Assembly: GCA_944320195.1 (NCBI GenBank)
Contig: CALUGP010000059.1
Coordinates: forward strand, 2,080 to 66,079
DNA from: an uncultured Prevotella sp.
GTDB taxonomy: Bacteria > Bacteroidota > Bacteroidia > Bacteroidales > Bacteroidaceae
Direction: 5' to 3'
Length of the DNA stretch: 64,000 nt
Position numbers and translations under genes: made by a program
The notes under the pieces: generated by a model
Told to the model about the DNA's origin: nothing
Seen by the model: only the letters and a program-made list of their open reading frames with translations
Databases searched by the model: none
Shown here: positions 26,537 to 34,941 of the stretch, in pieces
Position numbering within the stretch: position 1 is the stretch's first letter
How the letters are laid out: each line of letters begins with the position of its first letter

Positions 26537-27959
26537 TAATATCGTCCACCATCCTGAACAGCCTGCCCCAGCGTATGCCTGAGAAGCCGCCGCGGTCGGG
26601 GTCGCTGCTCCACCAGATGAAGATGGGCTTGCCCACGATGTGGTCTTCGGGCACGAAGCCCCAGTAGCGGCTGTCGGCCGAGTTGTGGCGGTTGTCTCCC
26701 ATCATCCAGTAATAGTCCATCTTGAACGTATATTGGTCGGTCTGCTTGCCGTTGATGAATATCTTTCCGCCGCGCACTTGCAGGTCGTTGCCCTCGTAGA
26801 CGCGGATGGGGCGCTCGTAGACGGCTATGTTCTGCATCGTCAGCCGCACCGACTCGCCCTTTTTCGGTATCCACACGGGGCCGTAGTTGTCGCGCGTCCA
26901 GCCCGTGTTGGCGTTCAGCGGATAGATGTCACCGGTTATGGTGTCGGTGTTCAGGCGTATGCTTGCCACGATGTCCTTGCGCTTCTTCAGTGCGTCGACG
27001 GCCCTGTTGGTCAGCGGCATGTACCCGCCCTGGTTCAGGCTTGTTAGGTCTTCCATGCTTATTCCAAGCTCCTGGAGCATCTCTTCGGGTATGGGCTGCA
27101 GGAGTTTCACGTAATACGTGTACTGCACATTGTCCGGCTCCTTGTTCGGTTTGCCGTCAAGGTAGACTATGCGGTTCTTTATCTGGAGCGTCTGTCCGGG
27201 CAGTCCGACGCACCGCTTGACGTAGTTTTCGCGGCGGTCTACGGGTCGTGTGATTACCTTCCCGTACTCTCCAGGGTTCTCCAGGATGTATTGTCGGCCG
27301 GTGTTGTACACCTTCTGGTACCAGTCATACTGCTCCTGTGGTGTCAGCTTGTCCATCTCGGGCTGGTAGTTGAGCAGCTGCGAGCCGAAGGAGTAGCACA
27401 TCTGGTAGTAGTCGGCGGCCTGGTATTGCTCGTTGCTCACGAGCGTGTCGCCGGCCGGATAGTTGAATACGACGATGTCGTTGAGCTCCACATGGCCGAG
27501 TCCTTTCACGCGGCGGTAGTCCCACTTGGGCCATTCCAGGTACGACTTGCACTTTACTACGGGCAGCGTGTGCTGCGTCAGCGGCATGGTGAGCGGCGTC
27601 TCGGGTATGCGCGGGCCGTAGCTTACCTTGCTAACGAAGAGGTAGTCGCCCGTAAGGAGCGATTTCTCCAGCGACGACGAGGGTATGACGTAGTTCTGGA
27701 AGAAGAACAGGTTGATGAAGTAGACGGCCACGAGGGCGAACACTATGGCGTCCACCCACGACATGATGAAGCGCACGGGCGGCTCTGAGTTCTTCCACCA
27801 CTGCCACTTTATCTTCTTGGTTATGTACACGTCGAAGATGAACGGCACGACTATAAGCCCCAGCCAGCTCTTCACCCAGAGCAGGAAGAGGAGGTAAAGC
27901 ACGAGCACCGTGACGCACTTGGCCCATTGCTTCTTCATGTTAAGGTTTTTCTTTTCCAT
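26532..27959 (-). CDS. lepB: signal peptidase I
   Basis: IPSSSLEKSLLTGDYLFVSKVSYG (Ser box), YVKRCVGLPGQT (Lys box), GDNRHNSADSRYWGFVPEDHIVGKP. Confidence 0.9.
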   Translation of the reverse strand: MEKKNLNMKKQWAKCVTVLVLYLLFLLWVKSWLGLIVVPFIFDVYITKKIKWQWWKNSEPPVRFIMSWVDAIVFALVAVYFINLFFFQNYVIPSSSLEKSLLTGDYLFVSKVSYGPRIPETPLTMPLTQHTLPVVKCKSYLEWPKWDYRRVKGLGHVELNDIVVFNYPAGDTLVSNEQYQAADYYQMCYSFGSQLLNYQPEMDKLTPQEQYDWYQKVYNTGRQYILENPGEYGKVITRPVDRRENYVKRCVGLPGQTLQIKNRIVYLDGKPNKEPDNVQYTYYVKLLQPIPEEMLQELGISMEDLTSLNQGGYMPLTNRAVDALKKRKDIVASIRLNTDTITGDIYPLNANTGWTRDNYGPVWIPKKGESVRLTMQNIAVYERPIRVYEGNDLQVRGGKIFINGKQTDQYTFKMDYYWMMGDNRHNSADSRYWGFVPEDHIVGKPIFIWWSSDPDRGGFSGIRWGRLFRMVDDIK

Positions 27960-27977
27960 GCTGTCCCCTTCTTTATG

Positions 27978-28733
27978 TCAGAACTTGAACATGTCGCCGA
28001 TGGTCAGCAGGCCGCTGTGCTCCTTTGTGTATTCGGCGGCGAGCACCGCGCCGAGGGCGAATCCCTTGCGCGAGTGGGCGTCGTGCGTGATGGTGATGCA
28101 GTCGGCCTCCGAGTCATATTTTATGGTATGTATGCCCGGCACCTCGTCGCGGCGTATGCTGTCTATGGCCAGCTGGTCGGCGGCGCATGCGTCGGTGCCG
28201 GTGAGCGAGCCGTCGGGAGCGAGCAGCGTGCCCTTCACCCACGATGTCTTGCGGTCCAGGCGGTCAACTATCTCTTCGGCCAGGGTGATGGCGGTGCCGC
28301 TCGGAGCGTCGAGCTTGTGTACGTGGTGGGTCTCCTCCATGCGCACGTCATACTGCGGAAAGCCGTTCATTATCTTGGCCAGATAGCGGTTGACGGCCGA
28401 GAATATGGCCACGCCCACGCTGAAGTTTGACGCCCAGAAGAGCGTCTTGCCCTCTTCCTCGCACATGCGGCGCACGTCGTCGCCGTGGTCTTTCATCCAT
28501 CCTGTGGAGCCTGAAACCACCTTCACGCCCTTGGCGAAGGCCTTGAGGTAGTTGCCGTAGGCGGCCGTCGGGCTGGTGAACTCTATGGCCACGTCGGCCG
28601 ATGCGAACTCGGCCGAGTCGAAGTCCTGCTGGTTGTCCACGTCGATTATGCTCACGATTTCATGGCCGCGGCCGCGGGCTATCTGCTCAATCATCTTGCC
28701 CATCTTGCCGTAGCCTATCAATGCTATCTTCAT
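27978..28733 (-). CDS. dapB: 4-hydroxy-tetrahydrodipicolinate reductase
   Basis: MKIALIGYGKMGKMI Rossmann start; EETHHVHKLDAPSGTA signature. Confidence 0.93.
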   Translation of the reverse strand: MKIALIGYGKMGKMIEQIARGRGHEIVSIIDVDNQQDFDSAEFASADVAIEFTSPTAAYGNYLKAFAKGVKVVSGSTGWMKDHGDDVRRMCEEEGKTLFWASNFSVGVAIFSAVNRYLAKIMNGFPQYDVRMEETHHVHKLDAPSGTAITLAEEIVDRLDRKTSWVKGTLLAPDGSLTGTDACAADQLAIDSIRRDEVPGIHTIKYDSEADCITITHDAHSRKGFALGAVLAAEYTKEHSGLLTIGDMFKF

Positions 28734-28756
28734 TTCAAACTGGTTTTAATCTGTGG

Positions 28757-28764
28757 CAAAGGTA
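28757..28764 (-). promoter_or_regulatory. Bacteroidetes -7 box for dapB-lepB operon
   Basis: Minus-strand TACCTTTG 24 nt upstream of ATG 28733. Confidence 0.5.
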
Positions 28765-28900
28765 ATGCAATTTAACGAGACGAGGAAATGAAATATAATA
28801 AAAATAGTGAAGACCCGCCATGCGGCCGTCTTGGAGTGTCCTGCCGGCATGGTTTGCAAGGCTCGTCCGGCCCGGTGTGGCAGGCTTGTATGGCAGGCCT

Positions 28901-29010
28901 GCTAAGTGCCTGATAGCCAGCGCGCTTGCAAAAGGCCGTCTTTCATGTTGCAAAAGACGGCCTTTCAGCGTGCGATTTGCGGCCTTTTGGAACGCGAAAG
29001 GCCGCAAATC
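28901..29010. repeat. family A array, locus A8 (in a divergent promoter region, abutting E2)
   Basis: GCAAAAGGCCGTCTTTCATGTTGCAAAAGACGGCCTTTC hairpin plus GCGGCCTTTTGGAACGCGAAAGGCCGC hairpin. Confidence 0.85.
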
Positions 29011-29297
29011 GGGTTCATCCGCAAGCCTTTTGGGTGGACATGTGGCTCTATTAAATGCGACACATTATTCCATTTACAAATACATCCCGCTATAATCCAG
29101 GCTGTCGGTAACTGTCATTCCGCGCCCCGACGCGGAATCCAGTAAATGCCGCATATGCTGTTTGATGTATAGGATGTTCCCTGGATTCCGCGTCGGGGCG
29201 CGGAATGACAGTTACCGACAGCCTGGATTAAGGTTGGATGTTGTTATTAATAAAACTTATATTTAATCCAAAAGGTTTGCGGATGAACCGCCTTTCG
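29011..29297 (+). mobile_element. family E MITE-like element, short variant (E2, about 285 bp)
   Basis: Termini GGGTTCATCCGCAAGCCTTTTGG / CCAAAAGGTTTGCGGATGAACCGCC. Internal inverted repeat GGTAACTGTCATTCCGCGCCCCGACGCGGAATCC ... GGATTCCGCGTCGGGGCGCGGAATGACAGTTACC. Its reverse complement aligns end to end with 54686-54974. Confidence 0.75.
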
Positions 29298-29419
29298 CAA
29301 GCCGCCCGATGGCATAGCGTGTATTCTCAAGGCGCATTCTGAAACGCGGCGGACGGAAAAAGTTTTGCAAAAAACGTGCACTTATCGTGTGAAAATTTTG
29401 TGAAAAACGAAAATTCGTA

Positions 29420-29427
29420 TACCTTTG
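29420..29427 (+). promoter_or_regulatory. Bacteroidetes -7 box for the PCMD gene trio
   Basis: TACCTTTG 29 nt upstream of ATG 29456. Confidence 0.5.
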
Positions 29428-29455
29428 CACCAATTTCACCATATTAATATATAAG

Positions 29456-30604
29456 ATGAAGATTTACCATCTGCTGCTCGGCGCGGCCTTGTGCTCCACC
29501 GTTACGTCCTGTTTCAAGGACGAACCGCTCAACGCCGAATGCGACATCGAGCAGGCCTACGTGCATATCGACAATCCGACTGACATGTTCTTCGCGGCGA
29601 GCGACACGCTCGTCAACGTGCTTTCAGACGCCGACAACGTGACTTTCCAGATCAAGGAAGGAGCCGACGTGTCGGCCATGGCTCCCGTGTTCAAGATAAC
29701 CGACGGCGCGACGATAAGCCCCGAGAGCGGAAGCGTGCACGACTTTTCCGACGGACGGGCCGTGGTCTACACCGTAACGTCGCAGGACGGGGCGTGGCAG
29801 AGGGCTTACAACGTGTCGTTCAGGGCCGTCTATCCCGTCAACGAATACAACTTCGAGAACTTCCGCCTGTCGTCAAACAACAGGTATTATGAGTGGAGCG
29901 ACCTCTCGTCCACTGGCGACTGGATAGGCAACTGGGCCACGGGCAATCCCGGCTTCGCCATAAGCATGGGCACGGCGAAGCCCGACGAGTTCCCCTCGTC
30001 GCCAGTAAGCGACGGACACAGCGGCTCGGCCGTCAAGCTCGAGACCATGGAGACAGGCCCCCTGGGCGGCCTTGTGCACATGGGCATCGCCGCGGGCAAC
30101 CTCTACATCGGCGAGTTTGACGTCAGCCAGGCTCTCATGGGCACGGCCGGCGCGATGAAGGCGACCAGCTTCGGCCGGCCCTTCGACCAGGAGCCGCTGC
30201 AGTTCACAGGGTGGTACAAGTACAAGTCGGCCGGACAGTGCGTCGACGGCGACTGCAACCCGATACCCGGCACGCATGACAAGGGCGACATCTACGCCGT
30301 GCTTTACCGCAACCACGACGCCTCGGGCAACGCCTTCACGCTGCACGGCGACGACGTGAAGACCAGCCCGCAGATAGTGGCAATGGCCCAAGTGCCCGAA
30401 ATCACAGACACCGACGACTGGACGGAGTTCACCGTCGACTTCGAGTATAGCGGACAGATAGACCGCAACCTGTTGGCAAACCGCGGCTACAGCCTCGCCG
30501 TTGTGTTCACCTCGAGCATCGAGGGAGCCTCTTTCCGCGGAGCTGTCGGCAGCACGCTCCACATCGACGAAGTGAAAATAATCTGCGCAGAAAAAACTGA
30601 ATGA
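29456..30604 (+). CDS. PCMD domain-containing lipoprotein (putative carbohydrate-metabolism domain)
   Basis: Lipobox TVTSC; C-terminal half (GNPGFAI..., GSAVKLET..., GNLYIGEF..., FTGWYKYKS..., DKGDIYAVLY) resembles the PCMD family. Confidence 0.75.
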   Translation: MKIYHLLLGAALCSTVTSCFKDEPLNAECDIEQAYVHIDNPTDMFFAASDTLVNVLSDADNVTFQIKEGADVSAMAPVFKITDGATISPESGSVHDFSDGRAVVYTVTSQDGAWQRAYNVSFRAVYPVNEYNFENFRLSSNNRYYEWSDLSSTGDWIGNWATGNPGFAISMGTAKPDEFPSSPVSDGHSGSAVKLETMETGPLGGLVHMGIAAGNLYIGEFDVSQALMGTAGAMKATSFGRPFDQEPLQFTGWYKYKSAGQCVDGDCNPIPGTHDKGDIYAVLYRNHDASGNAFTLHGDDVKTSPQIVAMAQVPEITDTDDWTEFTVDFEYSGQIDRNLLANRGYSLAVVFTSSIEGASFRGAVGSTLHIDEVKIICAEKTE

Positions 30605-31359
30605 CCATGAAGAAAACCATATTGGCACTGATGTTGGCCGCCATGACGGCCACGCAGGCAGGGGCGTTCCGCCTGTTCGACAACCTCGTCTACAACCTGC
30701 GCTTCGGCTACAGCATAGGAGGCACGGCCCCGATGGGCATGCCCGCCACCATACGCAGCATGGACAAGTACACGCTTACGCCCAGCTTCAACCTCGGCCT
30801 CGGCGTCTATCGCGACATCACCGAGCACTGGGGCGTCACCACCGGACTCTATATCGAGAACAAGGGAATGGACGTGGAGTCCACCGTCAAGAACTATCAC
30901 ATGGCCTTCGTGCGCGGAGGACAGCGCCTGGAGGGCAACTTCACCGGCGGCGTAAGCATCGACGTGGAGCAGTGGATGCTGACCCTGCCCCTCATGGCGA
31001 CCTACGCCGTGAACAAGAACCTGCACGTAAAGCTCGGCCCTTACCTCTCTTATGTGCGCTCGCACAACTTCACAGGCTACGCCTACGGCGGCTACATACG
31101 CGTAGGCGACCCTACGGGAGCCAAGGTGGAAGTGGGCACCGAGGAGGGCAGCCGCGGCACATACGACTTCTCTGACTCGATGCGCTCATGGCAGTTCGGC
31201 ATGCTTGCCGGCGTCGACTGGTACTTCCACCGTCACTGGGGAGTGTTCGCCGACCTCTCGTGGGGCTTCACCGACATCTTCGACGCCGGCTTCGACACCA
31301 TCGAGCAGAACCTCTATCCCGTCTACGGGACAATCGGTATTAGTTACAGAATCAAATAA
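30601..31359 (+). CDS. outer-membrane beta-barrel protein (porin-like, OMP_b-brl_2 type)
   Basis: Signal peptide; alternating amphipathic strands; C-terminal ...GTIGISYRIK. ATG overlaps the upstream TGA (ATGA), suggesting translational coupling. Confidence 0.65.
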   Translation: MTMKKTILALMLAAMTATQAGAFRLFDNLVYNLRFGYSIGGTAPMGMPATIRSMDKYTLTPSFNLGLGVYRDITEHWGVTTGLYIENKGMDVESTVKNYHMAFVRGGQRLEGNFTGGVSIDVEQWMLTLPLMATYAVNKNLHVKLGPYLSYVRSHNFTGYAYGGYIRVGDPTGAKVEVGTEEGSRGTYDFSDSMRSWQFGMLAGVDWYFHRHWGVFADLSWGFTDIFDAGFDTIEQNLYPVYGTIGISYRIK

Positions 31360-31382
31360 CCAATAAAAAAGAAAGGAACAAT

Positions 31383-32333
31383 ATGAAGAAAATCTTTACA
31401 CTAATCGCAGCGGTAGTGTCGGCTATGTCTGTCGGCGCTAAGGACTTTACGGACAATCTGCACTTGACAGTGATGGGTAATGACTTGAATTCTGAATCCA
31501 CAATAACCGTCGACAAGGTTGAGGGTTCGGACGATACATATGACATAACGCTCAACGACTTCTCTTTCGACACTTTTCCGTTGGGTGACATAAAGATAGA
31601 AGGCGTGAAGGGCGAGACTGCTCCAGACGGCATGGTAAGCTTTGAGGAGACCACCACTAGCGTGACTGTCAGCCTCGGCAATGCCTCTGTCACCATCAAC
31701 GAGGGCAGCCGCATGAAGGGCGACAAACTGTATCTTGACATGACGATTGTCGCCTTGGGCGTAATAAATGTCACAGCCGTGTTCGGTGACGACAACTTCC
31801 CGAAGGCTTACACTGACGATTTGACGGTCACTTTCATGGGCGAAGCGTCTGCCCCACAGCCAACAACCATATTTGTAGAGACACAGGCTGACGGCAAGTA
31901 TACGCTTAGTCTCAAGAACTTCAAGTTCGGAACAATGGGCGTAGGCAACGTTGTCCTTACTGATGTGGAAGGCACTGACAATGGCGGAGTGGTCAACTTG
32001 TCAGCCGAACAGACGATAAAGATAACCGAGGGAGACGATCCCGATGTTACTACATGGCTGGGACCGATCCTTGGCGACGTGCCTGTTTCACTTAAAGCGA
32101 AGATGTCTGAAGATAAGTTATACGCTGAAATAACGATCAATATGATGGGTGGTATAAACGTTGTTTTCGGCACTGATGACTTTACTACGGGCATAGACCA
32201 TGTTACAACCACCCCCGACAACGGCGAGGAAGCCATCTACGACCTCAGCGGACGCAGGCTGAACGAGATGCAGAAGGGCATCAACATCGTGCGCAAGGCT
32301 GACGGAACCACCGTCAAGGTGCTGAAGAAATAA
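31383..32333 (+). CDS. tandem calycin/lipocalin-like domain protein with T9SS C-terminal sorting domain
   Basis: Two homologous modules of about 125 aa (DNLHLTVMGN...YDITLNDFSF...KLYLDMTI...INVTAVFG and DDLTVTFMGE...YTLSLKNFKF...KLYAEITI...INVVFG). Tail AIYDLSGRRL...GINIVRKADGTTVKVLKK resembles the Por/T9SS CTD. Confidence 0.65.
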   Translation: MKKIFTLIAAVVSAMSVGAKDFTDNLHLTVMGNDLNSESTITVDKVEGSDDTYDITLNDFSFDTFPLGDIKIEGVKGETAPDGMVSFEETTTSVTVSLGNASVTINEGSRMKGDKLYLDMTIVALGVINVTAVFGDDNFPKAYTDDLTVTFMGEASAPQPTTIFVETQADGKYTLSLKNFKFGTMGVGNVVLTDVEGTDNGGVVNLSAEQTIKITEGDDPDVTTWLGPILGDVPVSLKAKMSEDKLYAEITINMMGGINVVFGTDDFTTGIDHVTTTPDNGEEAIYDLSGRRLNEMQKGINIVRKADGTTVKVLKK

Positions 32334-32360
32334 GGACATACGGATAGAAAGAATATGATA

Positions 32361-32397
32361 AAAATCCCGGACGTGCAGGCCATGTCCGGGATTTTTT
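32361..32397 (+). terminator. intrinsic terminator candidate downstream of the calycin-like/T9SS gene
   Basis: AAAATCCCGGAC-gtgcaggccat-GTCCGGGATTTTTT. Confidence 0.7.
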
Positions 32398-32431
32398 GCG
32401 TATATTTGCATGACGCAAGCCATGCACGATG

Positions 32432-32567
32432 GCATCAGCCGGTTTGCGAAAGGCCGCAAACCGCCTTGCAAAAGGCGGCAAATCGCGCGGTGAAAGGCCG
32501 TCTTTTAAAGGCCAAAAGGCGGCCTTTTGCAGAGTCGCATGCATGTGGCTGATTGTCAAGGGGTTGC
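32432..32567. repeat. family A array, locus A9
   Basis: Units GCGAAAGGCCGCAAACC, GCAAAAGGCGGCAAATC, GAAAGGCCGTCTTTTAAAGGCCAAAAGGCGGCCTTTTGC; TCAGCCGGTTTGC-type module on both sides. Confidence 0.8.
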
Positions 32568-32688
32568 AAAAACGGCTCCGCCTGTCCGCCGTGCGCCGGG
32601 CTTCGGCTCTTTGGCGGATTTGCCGGCGGCAACTTTCATGGCTTGTCTGACTGTTGAACAAGAACTGCTTTAACCTCTGGATGATATT

Positions 32689-34038
32689 ATGGAAGCCCTC
32701 CTACAATACGCATGGAAGCACAAGATGTTCCCCCTGAAGCCGCTCGTGACGACCGACGGACTGGCCGTAGAGGTGATTGACGCGGGCCTGCAGAACCGCG
32801 ATGCGGGGCCCGACTTCTTCAACGCGAAGGTGAAGATAGGCGGCACTGTGTGGATAGGGAACGTCGAGATACACGACAGGTCGTCTTGCTGGCGCGTCCA
32901 CGGGCACGACCGCGACCGCGCCTATGACAACGTGGTGCTGCATGTGGCCGGGGTGGTTGACGCCGACGTCGTCACGAGCGAAGGCCGGCGTGTGCCCCAG
33001 ATGGTGCTTGAGGTGCCCCGGGATGTGGCGGCCAACTATGAGGCTCTGCTCCGCGAGGACCGCTATCCGCCGTGCCGCGCCGTGATACCGGGGCTTGACC
33101 GCCTGACGGTGCATGGCTGGATGAGCCGCCTCGTGGCAGAGCGGCTGGAGCGCAAGACGGCCGGCATAGAGGCAAGGGTGGAGCTGTGTGGCGGCTCGTG
33201 GGAGCAGGCGCTGTTCGTCACGATGGCGCGCACGTATGGCTTCGGCGTGAACGGCGACGCCTTCGAGCGTTGGGCTTCGGGCGGATGGCTGCATGCCGCC
33301 GCCCACCACAGGGACGACTTGTTCCAGGTGGAGGCCCTGTTTCTGGGCCAGGCCGGCCTGCTTGACCCCTCGGCCATGACCGAAAGCCGCCGCGAGGCCG
33401 CCCTGGGCGATGAATATTTCGTGAGGCTGAGGCGCGAATACGAGTATCTTGCCCACAAGTTCGGGCTTACGCCGATGGACGGAGGCGCGTGGAAGTTCCT
33501 GCGAATGCGTCCGCAGAACTTCCCTTACATCCGCCTGTCGCAGCTGGCGGGGCTTTACCATTCGCGCCGGTCCGACCTTAGCAGGCTGGCGGAGTGCGCC
33601 ACGGCCGCCGACATGCGCCGCCTGCTGGCCGCCGAGGCCACGCCTTACTGGCAGGAGCACTACGTCTTCGGCCCGCCAGTGCGCCGCTCCAGGAAGGCTC
33701 TCTCGCCGTCGTCGCTCGACGTGGTGATAATCAACACCGCCCTGCCTGTGCTCTTCGCCTATGGCCGTCACAGGCACGACGAGGCCATGTGCGGCCGCGC
33801 CCTCGACATGATGTCGCAGCTGAAGGCCGAGGACAACAACATCACGCGCCTATGGGCCGAGTGCGGGCTGAAGGCCGAGAACGCCGCCGACAGCCAGGCA
33901 CTGATACAGTTGAAGCGCGAGTATTGCGACAAGAGGGACTGCCTGAAGTGCCGCATCGGGTATGAGTATCTGCGGAAAGATGCCTCTTCGCGGCCTTCCC
34001 AAAGCCCCCTCCCGACCACTCCGGGGGGAGGGGCGTGA
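32689..34038 (+). CDS. DUF2851 family protein
   Basis: MEALLQYAWKHKMF..., NRDAGPDFFNAKVKIGG..WIGNVEIH, C-terminal CxxC typical of DUF2851. Last 13 codons lie in a family-D-like repeat. Confidence 0.85.
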   Translation: MEALLQYAWKHKMFPLKPLVTTDGLAVEVIDAGLQNRDAGPDFFNAKVKIGGTVWIGNVEIHDRSSCWRVHGHDRDRAYDNVVLHVAGVVDADVVTSEGRRVPQMVLEVPRDVAANYEALLREDRYPPCRAVIPGLDRLTVHGWMSRLVAERLERKTAGIEARVELCGGSWEQALFVTMARTYGFGVNGDAFERWASGGWLHAAAHHRDDLFQVEALFLGQAGLLDPSAMTESRREAALGDEYFVRLRREYEYLAHKFGLTPMDGGAWKFLRMRPQNFPYIRLSQLAGLYHSRRSDLSRLAECATAADMRRLLAAEATPYWQEHYVFGPPVRRSRKALSPSSLDVVIINTALPVLFAYGRHRHDEAMCGRALDMMSQLKAEDNNITRLWAECGLKAENAADSQALIQLKREYCDKRDCLKCRIGYEYLRKDASSRPSQSPLPTTPGGGA

Positions 34039-34044
34039 TCAGCC
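33996..34044. repeat. family D-like module (divergent)
   Basis: CCCAAAGCCCCCTCCCGACCACTCCGGGGGGAGGGGCGTGATCAGCC; encodes the last codons of the DUF2851 gene. Confidence 0.55.
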
Positions 34045-34051
34045 ATGACAT

Positions 34052-34180
34052 GAAAGGCGGCAAACGGCGTTGCGAAAGGCCGTCATTTAGGCGGTAAAAG
34101 GCCATCTTTCGCAGGCTGAAAGGCGGTCTTTTGCAATATGGTTTGCATCCTTTTTGTAAGTTGCTGATTGTCAAGAAGTT
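34052..34180. repeat. family A array, locus A10
   Basis: GAAAGGCGGCAAACGG, GCGAAAGGCCGTCATTT, AAAAGGCCATCTTTCGCAGGCTGAAAGGCGGTCTTTTGC; GCTGATTGTCAAG module. Confidence 0.8.
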
Positions 34181-34244
34181 CCATTTTTGACATAATATGG
34201 CAACTGAGATAAGTATACATGATGCACTTGTTAATGCGGCAAGT

Positions 34245-34290
34245 CATTCCAAACTTCCTCCCTTTGATAGGGCTGGGGTGGGTGTCAGGG
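34245..34290 (+). repeat. family D module
   Basis: CAAACTTCCTCCCTTTGATAGGGCTGGGGTGGGTGTCAGGG. Confidence 0.75.
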
Positions 34291-34336
34291 TGTTTCTTTT
34301 CCCCCTTTTTTATTTTGCATTTCGCTTAACTTGCAC

Positions 34337-34344
34337 TATCTTTG
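34337..34344 (+). promoter_or_regulatory. Bacteroidetes -7 box for the thioesterase gene
   Basis: TATCTTTG 9 nt upstream of ATG 34353 (near-leaderless). Confidence 0.45.
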
Positions 34345-34352
34345 CATCCGTT

Positions 34353-34748
34353 ATGGATTATATTTTCACTACGCGGATGCAAGTCCGCGACTACGAGTGC
34401 GACATCGAGGGCATTGTCAACAACGCCAACTACCTGCATTACGCCGAGCACACGCGCCACTTGTTTCTCAAGAAGTGCGGACTAAGCTTCGCCGAGATGC
34501 ACCGCCGCGGCGTGGATGCCGTCGTGGCGAGGATGAACCTGCAGTACAAGACACCGCTGAGATGCGACGACGAGTTCATATCCTGCATCAACCTGAAGAA
34601 AGAAGGACTGCGCTACGTATTCTACCAGGACATCTACCGCGCCGCCGACAACAAGCTCTGCTTCAAGGGAGTGATTGACCTGGTGTGCCTGGTTGACGGC
34701 CGCCTGGCCCACAGCCGAGAGTACGACGAGGCCTTCGGGTTTATATAA
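34353..34748 (+). CDS. acyl-CoA thioesterase (4HBT/YbgC-like hotdog fold)
   Basis: VRDYECDIEGIVNNANYLHYAEHTRH catalytic region; TATCTTTG box at 34337-34344. The upstream extension (34197) crosses a repeat and is rejected. Confidence 0.85.
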   Translation: MDYIFTTRMQVRDYECDIEGIVNNANYLHYAEHTRHLFLKKCGLSFAEMHRRGVDAVVARMNLQYKTPLRCDDEFISCINLKKEGLRYVFYQDIYRAADNKLCFKGVIDLVCLVDGRLAHSREYDEAFGFI

Positions 34749-34941
34749 TTAAGGATTAAGAGTTAGGAATTAAGAAAATATGCCTTGCAAGTTGACATGT
34801 ATGCCATAGCCTAAGCATGCTTTCTTAACTCTTAATTCTTAACTCTTAACTCCTGAAGTGTTGCTTTCTTAACTCTTAATTCTTAACTCTTAACTCATGA
34901 AGTGTTGCTTTCTTAATTCTTAATTCTTAACTCTTAATTCA
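34746..34941. repeat. family B element, locus B5, with one left arm and a triplicated right arm
   Basis: Left TAATTAAGGATTAAGAGTTAGGAATTAAGAAAA. Right-arm copies TTTCTTAACTCTTAATTCTTAACTCTTAACTC at about 34820, 34865 and 34909, separated by (C/A)TGAAGTGTTGC. Confidence 0.85.

Noticed and set aside
28906-29145. Conserved small ORFs FIRKPFGWT.GSIKCDTLFHLQIHPAIIQ..., also at 54839-55072, that look like a conserved protein family.
   Set aside because: They are the same MITE-like DNA (E2/E3) read in the same relative frame. The conservation is nucleotide identity of a hairpin element. There is no start context and the ORFs run into family-A repeats.
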